Assembly: GCA_965552135.1 (NCBI GenBank)
Contig: CBEVQY010000014.1
Coordinates: 1 to 61,851 of the forward strand
DNA: 61,851 bases
Direction of reading: 5' to 3'
DNA from: an uncultured bacterium
GTDB lineage: Bacteria; UBP14; UBA6098; B30-G16
The notes below the pieces were generated by a model. It made no database searches. It was not told where the DNA came from and saw nothing but the letters and a program-made list of their open reading frames with translations. Position numbers and translations under genes: made by a program. This document shows positions 1 to 8,231 of the stretch, one piece after another (the first letter of the stretch is position 1; the number at the start of each line of letters is the position of its first letter).

Positions 1-255
1 GGCGGTAGCGGCGACTCACTAACAGACAACGTACTAAAAGCAAAGGTCGACATCTTCATTGCGGGTGAGCTTAGGCACCACTCCGCGCTCGCACTCGCAG
101 AACAGGGAATAGACATCGTTCTGCCGGGGCACTTCGCGACGGAGTGGGTCATCCTCCCGCGCCTGCGCGAAACAATACAGAAAATCTTCGAGGAAAGAGA
201 GCAGAAAGCCGAAATTAAAATCTCCGAAGCAGAGCAGGCTTTATTCAGAATTTAG
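1..255 (+). CDS. Nif3/YbgI-family dinuclear metal protein, 3' part (truncated by the window edge)
   Basis: Own translation of frame +1: GGSGDS...DIFIAGELRHH...GIDIVLPGHFATE...RI*, TAG at 253-255. Matches the Nif3 C-terminal HH and GHxxTE motifs and lies upstream of a Zn-ribbon gene, as is usual. Confidence 0.8.
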   Translation, partial: GGSGDSLTDNVLKAKVDIFIAGELRHHSALALAEQGIDIVLPGHFATEWVILPRLRETIQKIFEEREQKAEIKISEAEQALFRI

Positions 256-328
256 CCGAAATTTGTTGCGACAAGGGGAAACAAGCTTTTAATTTTAATT
301 TTTCCAAAAGAGCCAAAAAGGAGCGCAT

Positions 329-1120
329 ATGCCGCAAAGGAAAAACAAGGTCATCGAAATGCTCAAGCTTTTGCTTAAGATACAGGACTACGACAGCCAG
401 ATAATGGAGCTTGAGATGCGCCAGGACTTCTTCCCCGACCTCAGGAAGCAGCTTCAGGAGGAGATGGACGCCGTCCGCGCCGAGTACAAGCAGAAAAGCG
501 AAAGGCTTTCGGAGGTCAAGAAGGAGATCGATATGCTCGAGCTTGAGCTTGAATCGGAGCGCGAGAAGCTTGAGAAGTCGCGGGAGCGCCTTATGCACGT
601 CACCACGAACAGGGAGTACGACGCCGTACAGGCGGAGATATCGACGCACGAGGAGAGAATTGCCGAGGCAGAACAGAGGATAATCGTTCTCCTCGACGAG
701 CAGGAGACGCTTGAGCGCGAGGTCGAAAAGCTCGAGGAGCAGATGAAGAGGGTAGTGGAGGAGAACACCGCCAGGCTGAAAGAGATAGACCGCAACGCGA
801 GGGAGATCACGAGGATAAAGGAGGAGATAAGCCGCAAGCGCGAGGAGCTTGCCAGTAAAGTCACCCAAAGCCTGATGCGCCGCTACGAGCAGATCCGCGG
901 TGGTCGCCAGGGGGTGGCGATAGTACCTATAGTCGACCGGGCTTGCGGCGGCTGTCGCCAAGCTCTGCCTCCCCAAAGAATCCAGGAGATTCGCGCCGGA
1001 AACCTCGTCGTCTGCGAAAACTGCGGGCGCATAATCGTCGATATGGAGATGCTTGCCGCAGACAAAGACGAGCCGAAGGAGGGCGGGGAAGGGAGCTCCA
1101 CACCCGAGGACGAAGGATGA
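329..1120 (+). CDS. Coiled-coil protein with C-terminal C4 zinc ribbon (DUF164/CT398-like)
   Basis: Long heptad coiled coil, then CGGC...CENCGRII; SD AAGGAG upstream of the ATG. Confidence 0.85.
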   Translation: MPQRKNKVIEMLKLLLKIQDYDSQIMELEMRQDFFPDLRKQLQEEMDAVRAEYKQKSERLSEVKKEIDMLELELESEREKLEKSRERLMHVTTNREYDAVQAEISTHEERIAEAEQRIIVLLDEQETLEREVEKLEEQMKRVVEENTARLKEIDRNAREITRIKEEISRKREELASKVTQSLMRRYEQIRGGRQGVAIVPIVDRACGGCRQALPPQRIQEIRAGNLVVCENCGRIIVDMEMLAADKDEPKEGGEGSSTPEDEG

Positions 1121-1575
1121 AAGTCATCGCCTTCATCGACGGCGCCTCCAAGGGCAACCCCGGACCCGCCGGCGCCGGAGTTTTTATAATCGACGCAAAA
1201 GATATGCGCGAGCTAAGAAGGCTTCCGATACCCCTCGGCGTTTGCACCAACAACGTCGCCGAATACAGGGCGCTCCTTGCGGCAATCGACGAAGCCATCG
1301 CACTCGGCGCAACCGAAATAGAGATACGCTCCGACAGCAAGCTTTTGGTCGAACAGATGGCGGGAAGCTTCAGGATCAAAAACCCCGAGCTTGCGAAGCT
1401 TGCCACCGAAGCGCTCAGAAAGCTGGCAAGATTCAGGGCGTATCGCCTCGTCTTCGTCAGGCGCGAGGAAAACAGGATAAGTGATCAGCTTGCCTCCCTT
1501 GCCGCAAACGCCTCGAAGTTGGGCGCCGGAGGTGAAGATGAGGGTCTGCACCAACGAGCAGATGAGATCCCTTGA
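1117..1575 (+). CDS. rnhA: Ribonuclease HI
   Basis: DGASKGNPGPAGAG, TNNVAEY, SDSKL, RREENRISDQLA motifs. ATG 1117 overlaps the upstream stop (ATGA); the ORF-track start at 943 is too long. Confidence 0.9.
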   Translation: MKVIAFIDGASKGNPGPAGAGVFIIDAKDMRELRRLPIPLGVCTNNVAEYRALLAAIDEAIALGATEIEIRSDSKLLVEQMAGSFRIKNPELAKLATEALRKLARFRAYRLVFVRREENRISDQLASLAANASKLGAGGEDEGLHQRADEIP

Positions 1576-3160
1576 CCGCCTCACCATCGAGAAGTACGGC
1601 GTTTTGGGTGAACTCCTCATGGAGCGCGCTGGTCGCTGGGTTGCCGTTGTTGTGGGCGAGATACTTCGTCAAGCTGGCGGGACAAGCGCCGTTGCTGTGT
1701 GCGGCAGGGGCAACAACGGCGGCGACGGCTTCGTCGCGGCAAGGTACCTGGCGCAGATGGGCTTTCGGGCGGAGATCGTCCTCGCAGCCGACCCCGAAAG
1801 CCTCAAAGGCGACGCCCTCCTCAACTTCAAACGCGCGCAAGAGGCGCAGATCCCCTGGCGAAGGTTCGACGGCACGCTCCCGAAAGCCGACGTCATAATA
1901 GACGCCCTTCTGGGGACCGGTATCTCGGGAGCTCCCCGCGGCGAGATCGCCGACGCCATCGAGCGCATAAACGAAGCCAACTCCATCGTCGTTTCGGTCG
2001 ACATCCCTTCGGGCGTAAACGGCGACGACGGCACAGCGCCCGGAAGCGCGGTGGAGGCTTGCGCAACGGTCACCTTCGCCTTCCCAAAGCTCGGTCACTT
2101 CGTCCACCCGGGGCGGGCGAAGACGGGAAAACTCTATGTAGCCAAAATCGGCATCGACAGGCGCGCCGAGGCGGAGGTCGAGGTCACCTACGAGTTCGGC
2201 ACCCTCGCGGAGGTCGCAGAGCTTCTGCCACATCGCCCGCCCGACGGACACAAGGGGACCTTCGGCAAGGGGCTTGTGGTCGCGGGCTCGCAGGGGATGA
2301 CCGGCGCAGCCGTTATGGCATCGCTTGCGTTTCTGCGCTCGGGCGCGGGGCTGTGCTACGTCGCAGTGCCGCGCTCCCTCGTGGACGTCGTCGACGGCGC
2401 CGCGCGGGAAGCTGTGGTGCTCCCAATGCCCGAGGTGCGCAAAAAAAGGTGCCACACCCTGCGAGCGCTGGGCGAACTGCACAAATACGCCCGCACAGTC
2501 GACGCCGTCGCCGTGGGACCGGGGCTGGGGAGACACCACGAGACAGCCGAGATGGTGCGGCGCTTCCTTGTGCGGCTGCAAAAGCCCGTGGTGATCGACG
2601 CCGACGGGCTCAACGCCCTGGCAGGACACGCAAACGACGTGATCCCACAGATAACCGCGCCCTCGGTTATGACGCCGCACGTGGCAGAGCTGGCAAGACT
2701 TTTGGACACACAAACGGAGCTTGTGGCGAACCAGCGCATCCAGAGGGCGAGGGAGTGGGCGCAGTTCCTGTTCACCACGCTCGTTGTCAAGGGCAATCCC
2801 AGCGTCGTGGCAGCCGAGGGCAAACCCATCTGGATCAACCCCACCGGCAACGACGGCATGGCAACAGGTGGGAGCGGCGACGTCCTCACGGGGCTTGTGG
2901 CGGGATTCCTCGCCCAGGGACTGCAACCCTTCGACGCGGCAAGGCTCGGAACATACATCCACGGGCTTGCGGGCGATATTGCCGCGCAGTTTACAACCAA
3001 AAGGGCGCTTATCGCAGGCGACCTCATCGACTTCATACCCGACGCCTTCGCAGCACTCGAAGCCCCAATACCACAGGAACGCACGTCACAAAAGGAGCTT
3101 GGGTTCAAGTACGTAAAAACGTACCTCGGCGCGGGGATAGAACACCTCGCGGAACCTTGA
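1538..3160 (+). CDS. nnr: Bifunctional NAD(P)HX epimerase/dehydratase (YjeF, NnrE-NnrD)
   Basis: LMERAG, GRGNNGGDG, DALLGTG, VDIPSG, HKGTFG, DADGLN, TPHVAE, ATGGSGDVL; SD GGAGG before ATG 1538. Confidence 0.93.
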   Translation: MRVCTNEQMRSLDRLTIEKYGVLGELLMERAGRWVAVVVGEILRQAGGTSAVAVCGRGNNGGDGFVAARYLAQMGFRAEIVLAADPESLKGDALLNFKRAQEAQIPWRRFDGTLPKADVIIDALLGTGISGAPRGEIADAIERINEANSIVVSVDIPSGVNGDDGTAPGSAVEACATVTFAFPKLGHFVHPGRAKTGKLYVAKIGIDRRAEAEVEVTYEFGTLAEVAELLPHRPPDGHKGTFGKGLVVAGSQGMTGAAVMASLAFLRSGAGLCYVAVPRSLVDVVDGAAREAVVLPMPEVRKKRCHTLRALGELHKYARTVDAVAVGPGLGRHHETAEMVRRFLVRLQKPVVIDADGLNALAGHANDVIPQITAPSVMTPHVAELARLLDTQTELVANQRIQRAREWAQFLFTTLVVKGNPSVVAAEGKPIWINPTGNDGMATGGSGDVLTGLVAGFLAQGLQPFDAARLGTYIHGLAGDIAAQFTTKRALIAGDLIDFIPDAFAALEAPIPQERTSQKELGFKYVKTYLGAGIEHLAEP

Positions 3161-3173
3161 CGGGATCGATGAG

Positions 3174-3602
3174 ATGAGCTTAATCGCGATAGCATCGCTT
3201 GCGCTTGCCGCCATCTTCGTGCTTGTGTGCATCTGGATGCTTAGGTATCTGAGGCTCCTTGTGGATGGCAGAAGGCGCTTTTTCGGCTTTGTCTCCTGCG
3301 TCGACAGGTTCTTTTCGACGCACCCTGTAGGCTACGCGGCGCAGCTTGGCTACCGCAGCAGAATCATAGCCGAACTCGCCCGAACCCCCGCCGAGCGCAT
3401 AGCGGCGGTGCACATCCTCCTGGGCGCCGTCGAAGCCGCAGCGCAAACCGAACCCAAAAACGACACCACGCAAATCCGCCTGGCGGCAGAAAGTGTGCTC
3501 GCAAAGCTCTATGCCCTCCCAACAAACCCAACGCAAAGGGAGGTGGAAGAGGCTAAAAGAAAACTCCTGGCGAGGTTCGAAGATGACCTGCAAGAGGCGT
3601 AG
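3174..3602 (+). CDS. Hypothetical membrane-anchored protein
   Basis: N-terminal hydrophobic helix; fills the gap in a co-directional gene run; no recognised motif. Confidence 0.6.
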   Translation: MSLIAIASLALAAIFVLVCIWMLRYLRLLVDGRRRFFGFVSCVDRFFSTHPVGYAAQLGYRSRIIAELARTPAERIAAVHILLGAVEAAAQTEPKNDTTQIRLAAESVLAKLYALPTNPTQREVEEAKRKLLARFEDDLQEA

Positions 3603-4947
3603 AACAGCCCTCAATCCAGCGAAGGGTGTGGCGCTTGTTCTGCTTTGCCTTTTGGACACGACGTGGGGGGCGACGAAGTTCCAGAAGTGGAGGACGCCGT
3701 CCTTCTTCAGGGGTTTCAACGTGTCGTACTGGAGCTGCCTCTACGACGACGTCCTCACCCTTTCGGACATAATCGCTCTCCGCGACGCCGGGGCAAACCT
3801 CGCGATAATCCAGACGAGGGGACTTGTGCAAGACACCTTCCCCTACGCGCCCGAGGATCCGTGGTACATCGAGGCTTTAGACTCGATGGTCAGCTACTGC
3901 CGCCAGGCGGGGGTGTACTACGTCATCTGTCCGCGCACGGGTCCCGGCAGACGCGACGTGTGGGAGGAAGGAGAGGGGCTCGTCCCCAGATCAACAATAT
4001 GGACAAACCCCACAGAACAGCAGCTCTACGCGGACATGCTCAAGCAGATAGCCAGCCGCTACCTCCCCGACAGCCTCTTCGTCGGCTTGGATCTGATCCA
4101 GGAGCCAAACCCGTTCGACGAGGACGCCGCCTGCCTTCCGCCTGAGACCCTCGAGGCAATGCTTGCCGAAAGCGGCATCGACGTAAACGCGCTTATGGCG
4201 ATGTGCATAGAGTCGGTACGGACGGTGGCGCCACAGCTGCCGCTGCTCGTGCAGGGCGTGCACTGGTCCGACCCCGGCTACTTCTCCCTCGTCCAGCTCC
4301 AGGACGACTCCCTCATCGTATACAACACCCACTCCTACAACCCCTACGAATACAGCCACGCCGAACCCGCGATGTCGGTCTCGTACCCCGACCACTTCTG
4401 GGGCTGCGCCTTCGACTGGGAGATCTACTGGTGCGCGGACTTCATACGCGATACGCTCTTTTCCGCCGTGAGAAACCTACAAACCACATACAACGTCCCC
4501 ATAATCCTCGGCGAGTGCGGTCTGCGCTACCCGCAGAACGGCGGGGAACGGTACATCGCCGACATGGTCGGCGCGGCGCTTTCCTTCGGATGGCATTTTG
4601 CGCTTTGGGCTTTCAGGGCAGACTCCACCTTCAACTACGAGCTCATGGGTCCAACATACTGGAGCACCGTATGCAGCCTGCTTACATGCGACACAACCGC
4701 CCTCGTAGGCGAAGCCCCAAAGCACCCCTGGGAGCTTTCGGTTGCGCCTAATCCGTTCTCGAGGTTGTGCCGCATAGTTGCGCCGCCCGAAGCACAGATA
4801 GATGTAGTTAGCGTCGATGGGCGCATCGTTGCCCACCCAAAGGACGGTCTGTGGAGGCCGGAAAAACACCTTCCGCCCGGTGTGTACATTGTGACGGCGC
4901 GGCTCGGCGAAAGGCGCAAGACCCAAAAGGTCCTCCTCGTCAGATGA
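3583..4947 (+). CDS. Secreted GH5-like (clan GH-A) glycoside hydrolase with T9SS-like C-terminal sorting domain
   Basis: FRGFN, DLIQEP (acid/base), YNTHSYNP, ILGECG (nucleophile), FALW; C-terminus VAPNPFS...DGRIV...LPPGVYIV...KVLLVR. Start uncertain (ATG 3583 or a nearby GTG). Confidence 0.75.
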   Translation: MTCKRRRTALNPAKGVALVLLCLLDTTWGATKFQKWRTPSFFRGFNVSYWSCLYDDVLTLSDIIALRDAGANLAIIQTRGLVQDTFPYAPEDPWYIEALDSMVSYCRQAGVYYVICPRTGPGRRDVWEEGEGLVPRSTIWTNPTEQQLYADMLKQIASRYLPDSLFVGLDLIQEPNPFDEDAACLPPETLEAMLAESGIDVNALMAMCIESVRTVAPQLPLLVQGVHWSDPGYFSLVQLQDDSLIVYNTHSYNPYEYSHAEPAMSVSYPDHFWGCAFDWEIYWCADFIRDTLFSAVRNLQTTYNVPIILGECGLRYPQNGGERYIADMVGAALSFGWHFALWAFRADSTFNYELMGPTYWSTVCSLLTCDTTALVGEAPKHPWELSVAPNPFSRLCRIVAPPEAQIDVVSVDGRIVAHPKDGLWRPEKHLPPGVYIVTARLGERRKTQKVLLVR

Positions 4948-4979
4948 AAACGTGCAAAAAGTTCGAAAAACCTTTCCGC

Positions 4980-5009
4980 TTGACTAAACAAGGACAAGCG
5001 AATAATAAT
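4980..5009 (+). promoter_or_regulatory. Putative sigma70 promoter for the ytxH-ddl-ssb-rnpA-rpe operon
   Basis: TTGACT (4980-4985), 18-nt spacer, AATAAT (5004-5009) in an AT-rich intergenic region. Confidence 0.55.
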
Positions 5010-5041
5010 CAATCGTCAGGGAGAAAGAGCGGAGGTGCACG

Positions 5042-5338
5042 ATGGCTGAACACGGCGGCGTTGACACCTTTCTTGCGGGGTTTTTCATCGGCGGCGTGAT
5101 AGGAGCTGGCGTTGCCCTGCTTTTCGCACCCGCAACTGGAAGGGAGACAAGGGAGTACATAAAGCGCCAGGTTGGGCACGCCTTCGAGGAGAGCAAAGAG
5201 GGCGTCGAGAAGCTCCGTCAGATCATCAGGGAGGAGATAGTAAAGCTTGCCGAGAGCAAGGAGGCGCTGAAGGAGGCGTTCCAGGCGGGCGTCGAGACCT
5301 TTAAGGCGCACGGCAAAGCCGAGGGAGAGGGTTCGTGA
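5042..5338 (+). CDS. YtxH-domain protein
   Basis: FLAGFFIGGVIGAGVALLFAPATGRETR signature; SD GGAGG. Confidence 0.85.
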   Translation: MAEHGGVDTFLAGFFIGGVIGAGVALLFAPATGRETREYIKRQVGHAFEESKEGVEKLRQIIREEIVKLAESKEALKEAFQAGVETFKAHGKAEGEGS

Positions 5339-5724
5339 CGGCTACGGCGCTTATAGTCTTTGCCCTCTGGATTCTAACGCTTGCCGCCGTAGTTTGCGTC
5401 GTTTTCATCGTAAAGACCCTTACGCGCATAGAGCGCCTAGCTGACCACGTCGACGCAACGCTTTCGGAGATCGACAGGAAGCTCCCCGTCCTTGTGGAGG
5501 GGACGCACAGGACGATACAGTCGTTCGAGGCGGCGGCAACGCAGGCGCAAAAGCTTATGACGCAAATCGAGCGCCCCATAAAAAGCATAAGCCTTGCTCC
5601 AACCCTCGGAAAGATAGCCCTAAGCCCCCAAACAGTAGCCGCTCTGGTGGGCTTTGTGCGCGGGCTTAGCTTCTTCATCAAGCTCTTTAGGCGGCGCAGA
5701 GGGCAAAGTCCGAAGAAGCCATGA
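5335..5724 (+). CDS. DUF948/YoxC-like membrane-anchored coiled-coil protein
   Basis: N-terminal TM helix followed by amphipathic helices; GTGA overlap with ytxH, its usual partner. Confidence 0.6.
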   Translation: MTATALIVFALWILTLAAVVCVVFIVKTLTRIERLADHVDATLSEIDRKLPVLVEGTHRTIQSFEAAATQAQKLMTQIERPIKSISLAPTLGKIALSPQTVAALVGFVRGLSFFIKLFRRRRGQSPKKP

Positions 5725-6641
5725 GGATATGCGTCATCTACGGAGGCACCTCCGCCGAGGCGGAGGTTTCGCGCAAAAGCGGCAAGGCGATAGCCGAGGC
5801 GCTGCGCAAAAAGGGTCACTCCGTCGAGGAGCTCGACATCCCCGAAAGCGAGGTGCTCCAAAGGCTCGATGAGCTGCGCAAGTTCGACGTCGTCTTCGTG
5901 GGCTATCACGGTGGCGCAGGCGAAGACGGTCATGTGCAGGCGGTTTTGGAGCTTGCGGGGATCAAGTTCACGGGCTCCGGCGCAACCGCGTCCGCGCTGG
6001 GAATGAACAAGATCCTGACGAAGCGCCTGTTCGAGCAGGCTGGGATACCCACGGCGCCCTGGGTCGTTGTGGACGGTGCGCCGTCGGTCGACGAAGTGCT
6101 TCTGTCTATGGCGCGCGCCGGCTTCGCGCTACCTGCTGTCGTCAAACCCGCCGACCAAGGATCAACCGTGGGCGTAACAATCGCCGTGTCGGAACGGTCA
6201 CTTGTGGAAGGAATAAAGAAGGCGCAAAACTACAGCAAAGCCGTTCTTGTGGAAAAGTACATCCCCGGAAGGGAGATGACCGTCGCGGTGCTCGACGGAA
6301 AACCCCTGCCGGTCGTCGAGATCATACCCGAAGGCGGATTCTACGACTACGAACACAAATACACCCACGGCAAAAGCAGCTACGTATGCCCGGCGCAAAT
6401 CCCAGAGCCCATAAGCAACGCCCTGAAACATGTGGGCGTTAGGGCGTACGAAACGCTCCAGTGCCGTCACTACGCCAGAGTCGACTTCAGGCTGTCGGAG
6501 GACGGCGAGGTCTTCTGCCTTGAGGTCAACACCCTGCCGGGCATGACAGACCTCTCCCTCGTGCCTATGGCGGCACGGCAGGCAGGAATCGACTTCCCTG
6601 AGCTCGTTCACCGCATCGCCGAAATGGCGTACAACTCATAG
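5721..6641 (+). CDS. ddl: D-alanine--D-alanine ligase
   Basis: GGTSAEAEVS, HGGAGEDG, VKPADQGSTVG, FYDYEHKY, RVDF, LEVNTLPGMT. Confidence 0.95.
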   Translation: MRICVIYGGTSAEAEVSRKSGKAIAEALRKKGHSVEELDIPESEVLQRLDELRKFDVVFVGYHGGAGEDGHVQAVLELAGIKFTGSGATASALGMNKILTKRLFEQAGIPTAPWVVVDGAPSVDEVLLSMARAGFALPAVVKPADQGSTVGVTIAVSERSLVEGIKKAQNYSKAVLVEKYIPGREMTVAVLDGKPLPVVEIIPEGGFYDYEHKYTHGKSSYVCPAQIPEPISNALKHVGVRAYETLQCRHYARVDFRLSEDGEVFCLEVNTLPGMTDLSLVPMAARQAGIDFPELVHRIAEMAYNS

Positions 6642-6650
6642 GAGGTCGAG

Positions 6651-7178
6651 ATGTACAACAGGGTCATTCTCATAGGGCGCATAGGTCGCGAGCCCGACGT
6701 ACACTACATGTCCGACGGGCAGATGGGACTTATGAAATTCAGCCTCGCAACCCACAGACGCTGGCAGGACAAAGACGGAAACTGGCAGGAAGATACACAG
6801 TGGCACAGCATCATCTACTGGAGCAGGTTTGTGAGGAACCTCAAGGAGAGGCTGCACAAAGGCGACCTTGTGATGGTCGAGGGCGAGATACGCTACAGGC
6901 AGTGGGAGGACAGGAACGGCGAACTGCGCAACACCACAGAGATCAACGCCTTTCGCGTCATTCCGCTTGTCAGGCTTGAGCGCGAGGTTGAGTCTGTGGT
7001 GGGTCAGCTTGAGCCCGAAAGCTCGATTGCACCGTCCGGCGAAGCCGCGCCGCCCCTCACCGGAGAAGAAACTGAGGAGGAGACACTCCCCGAGGAACCT
7101 GAGACGCTTCCGGACGAAATGCCCATCGAAGGTGTGGACGAAGAAGATAAAGGCACCCTGGACGACATCCCGTTCTGA
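6651..7178 (+). CDS. ssb: Single-stranded DNA-binding protein
   Basis: NRVILIGRIGREP OB fold; acidic tail ending DDIPF. Confidence 0.95.
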   Translation: MYNRVILIGRIGREPDVHYMSDGQMGLMKFSLATHRRWQDKDGNWQEDTQWHSIIYWSRFVRNLKERLHKGDLVMVEGEIRYRQWEDRNGELRNTTEINAFRVIPLVRLEREVESVVGQLEPESSIAPSGEAAPPLTGEETEEETLPEEPETLPDEMPIEGVDEEDKGTLDDIPF

Positions 7179-7549
7179 TGCGGCTACCCTCCGTAAGGCG
7201 TTTTTCGGAGATAAGGCTTCTGGCGCGGTCTCCGACCTGCGCCCAGGGCGAGCTTTTGAGCATTAGGGTGTGTCGCGGCGAGGGCGAGGCAAGGTTCCTT
7301 ATCGTCGTCCCCTCCAAATGCGGAAAAGCTGTGCGCAGAAACAGAATCCGAAGGATCATAAGGGAGTGGTGCAGGAAGAACTTCGCCTTCTTCCCCGAGG
7401 GCACCCTCTGGATGGTGAGGGTTCTTCCTGCGGTGGCTCGCCTTTCGGACAAAAAGCTTTCGCCCGCGCTGCGCGGGGAGCTTGAGGAACTTGTGCGAAG
7501 ATGCGTGGGGGGCTTCGATGGCTCGGCTGGACATAAGGCTTCTCCTTGA
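7178..7549 (+). CDS. rnpA: Ribonuclease P protein component
   Basis: KCGKAVRRNRIRRIIRE (RNR motif), 123 aa, basic; TGATG overlap with ssb. Confidence 0.8.
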   Translation: MRLPSVRRFSEIRLLARSPTCAQGELLSIRVCRGEGEARFLIVVPSKCGKAVRRNRIRRIIREWCRKNFAFFPEGTLWMVRVLPAVARLSDKKLSPALRGELEELVRRCVGGFDGSAGHKASP

Positions 7550-8231
7550 GCGTTCGGGCGGCTGCGTCCTTGCGCCGTCGATACTCTCAGCCGACTTCTG
7601 GCGGCTGGGCGATGAGATTCAAGCCGCCGCAAACGCCGGCGCCGACGCCATACACCTCGACGTGATGGACGGTCACTTCGTCCCCAACATAACGTTCGGA
7701 CCAGCGGTTGTGGAAAGCGTTGCGCCGAAATCCCCACTGCCTATGGACGCACATCTTATGATCACCGACCCGATCCGCTACGGACCGCGCTTCGCGGAAA
7801 TGGGCGTGGAGATCGTAACGGCGCACATCGAGGTCCTGCACGACGAAGGGCTCTGGACAAAGTTCCGCAAAGCGCTGGGAGACTGCATACCGGGAATCGC
7901 GATAAACCCGCCAACGCCCATCCTCGATCCCGCGCCCATCGTGGAGAACTTCGAGTTCATACTCGTGATGAGCGTCAATCCGGGGTTTTCGGGGCAGAAA
8001 TTCATCCCCGACGTGCTGCCCAAGATAGAGCTTTTGGCAAACGAGGCATCGCGCCGAGGGCTTCTCAGGCTCATCGCCGTCGACGGCGGGATAAATCCAC
8101 AGACGTCGAAGCTCGTAAGACAAGCGGGGGCGAATTTCGTCGTCGCCGGAAACGCCTTCTACAAGTCCAGCGACTACGCGGCGGCTGTCCGCAGCCTGAA
8201 GGAACCCATCAGCGCGGAGCAACGACGATAG
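7518..8231 (+). CDS. rpe: Ribulose-phosphate 3-epimerase
   Basis: APSILSADF, HLDVMDGHFVPNITFG, DAHLM, MSVNPGFSGQKF, VDGGIN. Confidence 0.95.
   Translation: MARLDIRLLLERSGGCVLAPSILSADFWRLGDEIQAAANAGADAIHLDVMDGHFVPNITFGPAVVESVAPKSPLPMDAHLMITDPIRYGPRFAEMGVEIVTAHIEVLHDEGLWTKFRKALGDCIPGIAINPPTPILDPAPIVENFEFILVMSVNPGFSGQKFIPDVLPKIELLANEASRRGLLRLIAVDGGINPQTSKLVRQAGANFVVAGNAFYKSSDYAAAVRSLKEPISAEQRR

Noticed and set aside
1..1620. RNase P RNA (rnpB), often found after the Nif3/Zn-ribbon/RNase H cluster
   Set aside because: nnr overlaps the rnhA end, leaving no room, and no GAGGAAAGTCC motif is seen.
4965..4977. GAAAAACCTTTCC as a third copy of the GGAAA-N3-TTTCC operator
   Set aside because: Single, mismatched, and with no -24/-12 element nearby.
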